Of a stretch of DNA of 64,000 nt, positions 57,101 to 64,000 are shown one piece after another (position 1 is the first letter of the stretch; each line of letters opens with the position of its first letter). The notes beneath the pieces are model-generated. The model saw nothing but the letters and a program-made list of their open reading frames with translations, was not told the DNA's origin and did no database searches. Both the position numbers and the translations under genes were made by a program. Location of the stretch: positions 301,634 through 365,633 of the forward strand of contig CP060227.1 of NCBI GenBank assembly GCA_023898525.1. The letters run 5' to 3'. Origin of the DNA: Candidatus Nomurabacteria bacterium. Its GTDB lineage: Bacteria; Patescibacteriota; Minisyncoccia; Phycocordibacterales; UBA918.

Positions 57101-58164
57101 ACATCTCGTCCTGCCACATATATCGGATTAGTCGTAGAAGAAATATCGTAGACCATAAGTTCACAGCCATCAGCTGAGCCGGCGGTTTGGGAACAGGCAG
57201 TAGCGTTACCAGATTTACCAACATACATATAATCACCACTTATAGCTAGTGCATACACACTATCATTACCGGCTCCGCCTGTATTATCACCCGCCGTGTC
57301 TCTTCCGGCTACATATGTAATATTAGTAGAAGATGAAATGTCATATATTTGTAACTCACAACCTCTAGCTGAGCCGGCGGTTTGAGCACAAGTATCAGTA
57401 CTAGCAGTATGTCCTACAAATAATGAGTTACCTGAGACAGCAAAAGAGTCTATCCAAATACTAGTAATTCCAGAACTAGAACCGTCAGCATCTACGCCCC
57501 CGTTATATCCACTAAGGTATGCCTGTATTTCTAAAGTCCCACTGTTATTGGTGAATGTATCAATATTCTCATAATCTCCTGAAACTATAACGGTATTAGT
57601 TGGAGCCAAAAATTCCCCCTGATTAATTAACAGATTTGCCACAATTTGAGTACTCGCACCAGAATTTGTATACAAAATATCTGTATCATCAGAACTATCG
57701 TAAAAAGAAAAATCATCACTATATAAAATATCTGTACTACTGGCTGTGTGTGATACTACATAGTTATGATAAAGAGGCACACTGGTAATATCAGACCCTT
57801 TATAACCCATCACTATCGTTGTAGCCTTATCTGTTTCACCACCAAGCCATACAGTAAAAGGTGTCGTGGTAGAAAGATTAACATCATCAATATCTGTAAA
57901 GCTCCAAGTTCCACCAGCACCAGTGGTTGCTGAGTGAACACTGACTGTAGAAGTACCAACAGCCACTTTAACAGTTTTACCAGAAGTATCAGTTGTAACA
58001 CCTTTGTCGACATAGAGCGTTCCAGATAGGGTTATGGTCGCTGCATTTACCTGATTAATATCATTAAACTGACTAAAAAAAGTAAATATGATTACAGAAA
58101 AAACAAATAGTCGCACTATGTTTGTTTGAATTATATTGATTTTTTGTATAATTTTTTTTCTCAT
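54133..58164 (-). CDS. Giant (1343 aa) secreted protein with LVIVD-like beta-propeller repeats
   Basis: N-terminal signal/TM; at least 7 tandem ~62-aa repeats (YxGK...ATACSQTAGSAxGCELMVFDISSTTNPIYVAGRDVxG...) that resemble LVIVD repeats; a Ser/Thr-rich beta-rich C-terminal half; ends in a Gly9 run. Confidence 0.7.
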   Translation of the reverse strand: MRKKIIQKINIIQTNIVRLFVFSVIIFTFFSQFNDINQVNAATITLSGTLYVDKGVTTDTSGKTVKVAVGTSTVSVHSATTGAGGTWSFTDIDDVNLSTTTPFTVWLGGETDKATTIVMGYKGSDITSVPLYHNYVVSHTASSTDILYSDDFSFYDSSDDTDILYTNSGASTQIVANLLINQGEFLAPTNTVIVSGDYENIDTFTNNSGTLEIQAYLSGYNGGVDADGSSSGITSIWIDSFAVSGNSLFVGHTASTDTCAQTAGSARGCELQIYDISSSTNITYVAGRDTAGDNTGGAGNDSVYALAISGDYMYVGKSGNATACSQTAGSADGCELMVYDISSTTNPIYVAGRDVDGSSTGTTALDIRSLAISGSSLYIGKGFDTTACSQTAGSAIGCELMVYDISSTTNPIYVAGQDVTGDSTGTGGENIDSIAIRGNYLYIGKTQDPTACSQTAGSAIGCELMVFDISSTTNPIYVAGRDVDGSSTGNKAEAVYDIQISGNYLYMSKSGDITACSQTAGSARGCELMVFDISSTTNPIYVAGRDVTGDDTGVGNINATSIYVDGDYLYLGKLQNATACSQTAGSADGCELMVFDISSTTNPIYVAGRDVNGGSTGTGLEDINNLIKVGDNIYIGKSADATACSQVAGSAIGCELMSFRVPANMSGSMVSGDDFSSLIITGQVTFQDISSTTNLTISTSSTLTAPSSLTVAGDMSNYGTFNHSSGTITLSGTSQSLVSSATTTFYTLSKEVTTADTLTFSSGGTYVIEDQLTLTGTDGNLLSLRSSSSTGEWYIDPRASTTVAYLDVQDSDNINITTINCGTGCIDSGNNTNWNTNVPVTLASVYSYNFYVGQASTTLDQITITKNSSSTNIVAANDIRITIATTTTDFYFSTGVTTPTFGGTASGKVFSTVSYEDGGATLLIDVTSDFVNGDTLTIDNIEVGSFSTVSTTSGKFALHVDGSATTTAITEDTKTIDISGSMTLGNHTLGQVSNQFSFQNKTDEALYAFSLDPSGEDVTVTDIVFTLRGVQGIDTDNVDTLRLYRDINNDQVMDGGDELLDNSGIMTVNGQLGAITFSTDFYATTSSDYLIIGNTSSIDRGDSMTISLPVTGITSVGTTSAVSPVIIGSVDEVQHIRNTAGSGGSSSRTGDTPPPGNGMETGGGSGGGGNVGQNVDDENITYSPNYFSPSNTGTPNNEWTNPENAYNSDGVYATASTSSLRQSYTGFNFSIPGSNTIQGIAVKLDISGTTATGTVDVSLSWDGGSSYTTGKATPTLSGTDIVYTVGGNTDTWGRTWSSTEFTPSTFLIRVTATPESNTINLDALEVRVFHQTGGGGGGGGGRV
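56160..57420. repeat. Near-identical ~186-bp tandem DNA repeats inside the 1343-aa gene
   Basis: Units begin at ~56334, 56524, 56714, 56900 and 57093. Long blocks are identical, e.g. ctgccacgtaaatcgggttggtggtggaggagatgtcgaaaaccattagttc x3 and atatcggattagtcgtagaagaaatatcgtagaccataagttcaca x2. Confidence 0.8.
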
Positions 58165-58225
58165 ATCTTTACTAATTTGGTTTTGTTTTTTGTTATCTAT
58201 CTAATTATATTTTTAATTTACTTTT

Positions 58226-61200
58226 TTAAGGTGACGTTTCATCTAGTTCAGAAACTTCTACTTCTGACGGACTGGAGTCTTCTACCATTTCCTCCACTAC
58301 CTCTACATTTTCTTCTTCTGTCTCGCTCATTGCAACCTCCCCACTCTCACTATCAATGTTTTCACTTTCATCATCTTTAACAACTTCTCCGACATCTTCT
58401 ACTATTAGTTCTAAATCTACTTCTGTATCATTTTCAATATTTTCTTGGTACTCACTATCCCCCTCTATGTCTGTTGTACTAGTAGAAGTGGTTGTGGTAA
58501 CAGTTTTTTCTTCATTTATCTCTTGGTCTGTATCTTCCTCTACCACTTCATTTGCACTTGTCTGTGGTGAAGTTGAATCTTCTTGAGCCTGAACCGGTTC
58601 TTCGTGAGATTTATTTATTACTTCTCTATCCTTTTCTATATTATTATTGGTATTATTTACCGGAGACTCACTCACTCTGTTAAGTAGTACTCGAAGGTCA
58701 TCAGCCCCAACACACACACCATCGACACATAGTTCATTTTGCACCTCCACCCGATCGGCTTTAAGAGTAAAGACAGAAAGTACACCGTCGATGAAATTGT
58801 TGGCTAGATTAACCAGACGCTCCCAAATAGTTACATCTGACTTAGAACCATTTGTGCTGCTAGCATTTGCCAACAAAGAATCTATAATTTTAAGCCCTTC
58901 GTCATCCAAGTAGCGGTATCCTAGATCCACAAACATTACAATCTGCCCCACCCGCACAGACTGACCGTTTTCCAAAATTTCAGTGTCGCTCTTTATGCGA
59001 GACAGCGATTCAAGTGCTTTTCTCTCCGCTTCAGCTTCAGCTAAAGCTTCCGCCTCTTTGATCTGAGCATCGGTAGTAGTTGCTTCAAGCGGTACACACT
59101 CTTCTTCTCCGGTAGCATTTCCTCCACCGTAGTAACATCCGTCGTGCATACGCGGATCCTCAACTCTGTTTATTGGTTCAAATATCGGATCAACCAAATC
59201 GTCTCCGAATTGATTAATATATGTATCTGAGTAAGCCCTAGTTTCCACAAAATCTTCCAAAGCCACACCGATTATCTTACCGGTTGAAGTCGCCTTCATC
59301 GCTACTCCTGGAATCGAAGAAAGGGTAAGCTCATCACCGGCTTTGATCGATCCGTTTTCATTTGAAAGCTTGATAGGAACACGTCCAGATAGAGCAATTG
59401 GGAACACCTCCTCTCCTTCCTCCAATGATGAATCATCATAACCCAACAAGAGACCAGGCTTGGTTGAAACCACACCGATTATTTTGTTCTTCGTATCTGT
59501 ATCCGCCCTTCCTACAGAAAGACCGCCTTTGGTATACACAATTTCTCCCGCTTCAAGATTTTCACTTGAGAAGTATGTTTCCGCAAGGTCAGAATTTCCT
59601 GTATGAGTCGATACTGATGCTATCCGTCCGGTAGTCGAAGCGTTACACGAACCGTCATTATCAACACAAAGGCCCCCATAACCAATCTGCAAACCGGCAT
59701 TATTACTGGTAGTACCATCACCAATAGTTAACATTCCGTAAGCTCCAACGGTGAACATAGAAGTTCCTGCGTTTTGCAGATCGACGAATTTTGAAGCGGT
59801 GGTTGAAGAAAATGATCCACCACTATTACCAAAATTCATTAAAAGACCCGTGCCGGTAAAGGTTGAAGTATCTTGGAATAACTTGAGTAAAGAAGCTGTT
59901 GTAATAGAAGATGAATAACCTCGAATAGCATTACCTTGTGTAGTTCCAGTTGTCTCACCAAACACACCGGCCGGCTCATACGAACCACCAGCATCACCTG
60001 AAGTGATACCCTTAACACCGAAAGTTCGCGCGTACCCTGACATAGCTGTATTTTCTCCCAAAGTGTTTGCTCCCCAGTCACTCTGAACTTCTAAACCTCT
60101 AACTGTATTTCCAAACGTCGTAGCGTCTTCTATTTTTATAAAATTACCAACCAGTGTACTAGTAGCTGTATTGGTGGCATATAGATATGACCGATCGCCG
60201 TACTGTGTAGAGCTGGCAGTGCTGTTAGCAAAGGTCAAATACCTATCTATACCCGCTACCCCGGCGTCAGCATAATTTAGATTTTCAATAGTCAGACGCG
60301 AAGCTGGAGTAGTGGTAGCAATACCAATACTTCCATCGTTTTTGATATATAACCTATCCGTGTAACTTCCGGTAGTTTGGAATCTAAAATCTCCAGTAGC
60401 GTTTGGTAATATAAAATTCATGCTACCACTAGTATCAGAACCACCTATTAGTACATTGTTAGCTGAACTCATGGATAATAAAGATTTAACACTACCCGCA
60501 TTGTCTCTAGTGGCAAGACTGTAGTTATTAGGTATAAATATATGGCCATCCACCGTCAGCTTCCTTACCGCTGTAGTAGTACCAATAGACACATCACCAC
60601 CAGAGCTCACATAAATACCCTCATCGTCTCCGTCACCTGAAAGGAAATTAGAGCCGAGAGCTATGTTAGCCGCTGTGCCGGACATGGTCAGGTTACCGGC
60701 AAATGAACCCGTGCCACTGACAGTAAGGTTTCCATCTAAGTAAGTATTGCCAGTGACAGTAAGCTTGGAAGAAGGAGTAGTACTACCAATACCAATGTTT
60801 CCACTAGATAGTGAAGTACCGGTACCATCAATACCAGTACCGAAGATAAGGTTACCTATAGATAATTGATTAGACCCAGTTGAAGAAGCGGCATCAATAT
60901 CATAACCAATTAATATATTGTTTGAACCAGTCGTGACTATGTTACCCGCTCTATAACCAAGGAATATATTATTAGAACCGGTTGTTAAAGCCTCACCGGT
61001 TTCTGAACCGAATAACGAGTTATTTGAATAAGAGTTACTAAGTACACCAATACCGGCATGGTAACCAACTGCAGTGTTGCTACTGGCCGCACTTGAAACA
61101 TAGCGCATCGCATTACTACCAACCGCCACATTTTTAGCACCGGTAGAAATATTCTGAGCCGTAAAAGCACCATAAGCTGTATTATCATCACCGGTAGTAA

Positions 61201-63913
61201 CACTTAGAGAATTGGTACCAAAAGCTGAGTTTGCACTACCGGCAGAATTACCCGCCAAAGCAGAAGAACCGAAGGCATTATTATTTCCTCCAGTAGTGTT
61301 AGAGTTTAAAGCATTAATACCAAAGGCGTTATTATATCCTCCGGTAGTGTTTAGTTTTAGAGCACTATATCCAAAAGCAGAGTTGTTAACTGAAATGTTG
61401 TTGACCAAAGCATCAATTCCGACTGCAGTTTGCGTAGTATTTATCACCATTGCACTAGCTGAATTCATGGTAATTACTCCACCGGTAGTTTGGGTAGTAA
61501 GGTTGACTACCCCTAAGGAACCATCAGCAATATTGTCTGTATAAGTAGTGGTAGAGTTATCGTTTATAGTCGTTACCAAATACATAGCCCCCCAGACACC
61601 ATCCGCATCTTTGTTACGATAAATCTTTCGTCCGGTCACGGCTGGGTCGCTAGATACTGGGATATTGGTTAGATTAATCTCTTGGGATGACGGTGATACT
61701 TGACCAGAAAGTTTACCGACCTCAGTTTCACCGGTAGCGGTAATGTAAGAAACTCGGTAGCGATAGGTGCCCGACAAACTTCCCGCCCCACCCAAGGCAA
61801 TACTTGGTGTCACGGTAGACGGTGCGTCAACTATTGAGAACCGTAAATCCCCAGCGCCGATGTCTAATTTTGCTTGTGGTGTTGAAGTACCAATACCCAA
61901 ATTAGTCCCATCAAATACTAAATCAGCATCATCCGTCACCGCAGTACCACCACTGTTAGCAAACAACAGTCGGTTAGCCGTGTATGAAGAGATGGTGTCA
62001 GAGAGACCAAGAAAAGTTCCGTCTCCTAGACCGAGGGTAGAGGTAGAGATCCAGTCAGTGCCGGTGCCGGTTGAGGAGAGAATTTGGCCTAAGGTTCCAG
62101 AGGCGTTAGAAGAGTCAAATAGTGCTCCAGTGATGAAAGCGTCGCCAGCAACGGTAAGCTTTGAAGACGGCGTGGTGGTGCCGATGCCGATGTTTCCGTT
62201 ATTGAGAATTTTCATAACAGGGTTTGAGGTAGAACCGATTTCAAACTGTATGACACCAGAGTCATTAGGGACACCCAGTATCATACTGCCGCTAACTGTA
62301 GATCCGTTTATGAGAACATTGTTAGCTGAAGTCATGGACAAGAGAGAAACATTGTTAGCAGAAGTATCTCTAGTCATAAAACTATAATTATTTGGAATAT
62401 AGATACTTCCATCCACATTAAATTTAGCCACGTCAGTTGTGGTACCGATAGAAACATCACCAACGTTATTTACATAAATACCCTCATCATCACCATCGCC
62501 GGAGAGCCAATTAGAACCAAGGATGATATTAGCCGCAGTACCAGACATAGTTAAACTATCAGAAAAAGTACTTGTGCCGGCTACGGTCAAATCTCCTTCT
62601 AGGTAAGTACTGCCAGTAACTGTAAGTCTGGAGGATGGAGTAGTGGTGCCGATGCCGATGTTGCCAGCAGAACTTATAGTAGTAGTTGCTGTTCCGTTAA
62701 CAAAATTTAGAGAACCATTACCCCAACCGACAACAGCATCATCTTGGTTGTGGAAAAATTCTATATAGTCATCAACCTGACCCTCGTCTGAAGAATAAAC
62801 ACGGAAAGTCGGGTTGTCAGTATTATTACTTACTATTCTGTTATCATTCCGTTCTCCCAAAATAAAATATCCACTAGTGTTTAAATAACCTCCTACTCGG
62901 GTTTCAGCAACCATCGCTTCATAACCACCGCTATTTCGATAAAGAAATCTTGCCGTGGATTGAGAACCTAAAGTAAAATCAATATTATCATTCAGAGCTA
63001 AAGCACTGTTAAATAATATACCGGCACTACTTCCGTTTAAGGTATCTTGACCCAATGTAATAAAATACTGATGATCAGTACCTATGTTTAAACACTGGTT
63101 ATAAGTACTACCACTTCCACACAATCGAATATCTCCATTGGTATCATTTTCTATGTATTCATCGTTGGCTAAAGTCGTCGTTCCCGATAAAGAGGTTACA
63201 CCAGAAACAGTCAGATTACCTGACGTATCAACATTTCCATCAAAGTAAGAATTACCAACAACTGTCAGCTTACTGTCTGGTGTGGTGGTGGCGATACCAA
63301 CGTTGCCATTGTTTAGGATGGTGAACATTTCTGTAGCACCTGCAAACAAACTTAGTATCTTACCTGCACCATTTTGAATTAAGGTCAAAAGAGCAGAACT
63401 ACTTGTAGCCTCCATAGTGTCAGCATCATCTGCGCGCAAGAAAGAAGTGGTAGCAAAACCATCAAAGGTGTTAGCATTCTCTGCAATAAACGCTGCCGGT
63501 ACCGCGCCCAGCACTTTTCGAGGAGACATTTCGCCGTCCCAACTTGGTGTACCAGTTCCTCCAATCTCCACACCCAAGTAAAGGGACTGGTCGAAATCTA
63601 CCGAACCCAAGGAAGACACGTCACCGAGCATGACTGAGAAGAGGCCGTTAGTGACAGTCACCTTATTTACTCCCGTTCTGGCCTCAGACCAGATAGCGGT
63701 TGAAGTAGCTGCCGTACTGGAAGACAGTAGCCAGAAATTCATGTTGTAGTCACCGTCTGCTACCGCCACGCCAACAGAATCAGTTAGTTTACCTTGGTAA
63801 TTTATCTCCTGATTGAACTGTGCCAAAGAGACAAAAGGAGAAACCATAAAAGCAAAAACCAGCACTAGTGTGCTTATCATGAAAAGTATTTTGTTTGGAA
63901 GCAAAATTTTCAT
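58226..63913 (-). CDS. Giant (1895 aa) secreted protein with tail-fibre/YadA-head-like beta-roll repeats and an acidic C-terminal tail
   Basis: Signal peptide (ISTLVLVFAFMVSPFVSLA); repeated NIGIGTTTPSSKLTV(T/A)G modules; ~15-residue NxA(F/I/V)Gxx(A/S)xxxxTTGxx repeats (NNAFGSSALAGNSAG, NTAVGYHAGIGVLSN, NNIFLGYRAGNIVTTGS...). There is an internal ~350-aa duplication (TAANIILGSNWLSGDGDDEGIYV / TAANIALGSNFLSGDGDDEGIYV), and the last ~150 aa are strongly acidic (E/D/S/T-rich). Confidence 0.7.
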   Translation of the reverse strand: MKILLPNKILFMISTLVLVFAFMVSPFVSLAQFNQEINYQGKLTDSVGVAVADGDYNMNFWLLSSSTAATSTAIWSEARTGVNKVTVTNGLFSVMLGDVSSLGSVDFDQSLYLGVEIGGTGTPSWDGEMSPRKVLGAVPAAFIAENANTFDGFATTSFLRADDADTMEATSSSALLTLIQNGAGKILSLFAGATEMFTILNNGNVGIATTTPDSKLTVVGNSYFDGNVDTSGNLTVSGVTSLSGTTTLANDEYIENDTNGDIRLCGSGSTYNQCLNIGTDHQYFITLGQDTLNGSSAGILFNSALALNDNIDFTLGSQSTARFLYRNSGGYEAMVAETRVGGYLNTSGYFILGERNDNRIVSNNTDNPTFRVYSSDEGQVDDYIEFFHNQDDAVVGWGNGSLNFVNGTATTTISSAGNIGIGTTTPSSRLTVTGSTYLEGDLTVAGTSTFSDSLTMSGTAANIILGSNWLSGDGDDEGIYVNNVGDVSIGTTTDVAKFNVDGSIYIPNNYSFMTRDTSANNVSLLSMTSANNVLINGSTVSGSMILGVPNDSGVIQFEIGSTSNPVMKILNNGNIGIGTTTPSSKLTVAGDAFITGALFDSSNASGTLGQILSSTGTGTDWISTSTLGLGDGTFLGLSDTISSYTANRLLFANSGGTAVTDDADLVFDGTNLGIGTSTPQAKLDIGAGDLRFSIVDAPSTVTPSIALGGAGSLSGTYRYRVSYITATGETEVGKLSGQVSPSSQEINLTNIPVSSDPAVTGRKIYRNKDADGVWGAMYLVTTINDNSTTTYTDNIADGSLGVVNLTTQTTGGVITMNSASAMVINTTQTAVGIDALVNNISVNNSAFGYSALKLNTTGGYNNAFGINALNSNTTGGNNNAFGSSALAGNSAGSANSAFGTNSLSVTTGDDNTAYGAFTAQNISTGAKNVAVGSNAMRYVSSAASSNTAVGYHAGIGVLSNSYSNNSLFGSETGEALTTGSNNIFLGYRAGNIVTTGSNNILIGYDIDAASSTGSNQLSIGNLIFGTGIDGTGTSLSSGNIGIGSTTPSSKLTVTGNTYLDGNLTVSGTGSFAGNLTMSGTAANIALGSNFLSGDGDDEGIYVSSGGDVSIGTTTAVRKLTVDGHIFIPNNYSLATRDNAGSVKSLLSMSSANNVLIGGSDTSGSMNFILPNATGDFRFQTTGSYTDRLYIKNDGSIGIATTTPASRLTIENLNYADAGVAGIDRYLTFANSTASSTQYGDRSYLYATNTATSTLVGNFIKIEDATTFGNTVRGLEVQSDWGANTLGENTAMSGYARTFGVKGITSGDAGGSYEPAGVFGETTGTTQGNAIRGYSSSITTASLLKLFQDTSTFTGTGLLMNFGNSGGSFSSTTASKFVDLQNAGTSMFTVGAYGMLTIGDGTTSNNAGLQIGYGGLCVDNDGSCNASTTGRIASVSTHTGNSDLAETYFSSENLEAGEIVYTKGGLSVGRADTDTKNKIIGVVSTKPGLLLGYDDSSLEEGEEVFPIALSGRVPIKLSNENGSIKAGDELTLSSIPGVAMKATSTGKIIGVALEDFVETRAYSDTYINQFGDDLVDPIFEPINRVEDPRMHDGCYYGGGNATGEEECVPLEATTTDAQIKEAEALAEAEAERKALESLSRIKSDTEILENGQSVRVGQIVMFVDLGYRYLDDEGLKIIDSLLANASSTNGSKSDVTIWERLVNLANNFIDGVLSVFTLKADRVEVQNELCVDGVCVGADDLRVLLNRVSESPVNNTNNNIEKDREVINKSHEEPVQAQEDSTSPQTSANEVVEEDTDQEINEEKTVTTTTSTSTTDIEGDSEYQENIENDTEVDLELIVEDVGEVVKDDESENIDSESGEVAMSETEEENVEVVEEMVEDSSPSEVEVSELDETSP

Positions 63914-64000
63914 AATCTTATGGACCGGCGTTACTTAAGGTTTTTTTAGACGTTGGTACGGACACAAAAGGATACTCCATTATTTCTCCATCCTGATTCT

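Noticed and set aside
54133-63913. Prophage tail-fibre cassette as an explanation for the giant genes
   Set aside because: No capsid, terminase, portal, tape-measure or integrase genes are nearby. The neighbours are secreted structural proteins and housekeeping genes, so a cellular surface or adhesion role is more parsimonious. Ancestral phage origin of the repeat modules is not excluded.
1-64000. CRISPR arrays or cas genes
   Set aside because: No short, regularly spaced direct repeats with unique spacers were seen. The only tandem repeats are the ~186-bp protein-coding units in the LVIVD-like gene and the two copies of the 65-bp intergenic element.

Overview
The window is a 64-kb chromosomal segment from a low-GC (~40%), gene-dense bacterium. 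It uses the standard genetic code: rpoB, dnaE and the giant ORFs are uninterrupted. The housekeeping content is streamlined. It includes the start of rpoC, rpoB, trmD, rpsP, rnr, a hingeless mini-SMC, rnc, rnhB, dnaE, thrS, gyrB, pheST, tsf, rpsB, prfA, rpmE, rpmF, a split transketolase, rpe, rpiB and gap. Several proteins are unusually short (PheS 240 aa, GyrB 689 aa, EF-Ts 194 aa), and there is a NusB-Nudix fusion. Together these point by inference to a reduced-genome lineage such as Patescibacteria/CPR with a Gram-positive-like envelope. Accessory content includes an intact IS30-family element, an AT-rich islet of hypothetical genes with a repeated ~65-bp intergenic element, a T-box-like leader upstream of thrS, tandem type IV pilin genes, and a sortase next to a 956-aa Ig-repeat membrane protein. 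There is also a GT2 processive glycosyltransferase with a partner gene, and one tRNA-Thr. The most striking part is the 3' third of the window, a ~14-kb minus-strand surface-protein locus (49.9-63.9 kb). It encodes two giant repeat proteins (1895 aa with beta-roll/tail-fibre-like repeats, 1343 aa with LVIVD-like beta-propeller repeats), two paralogous small Ser/Thr-rich secreted proteins with WxL-like C-termini, a protein with DUF916/DUF3324-like architecture, and an FN3 protein. It may be an undescribed adhesion or cell-wall-display system.
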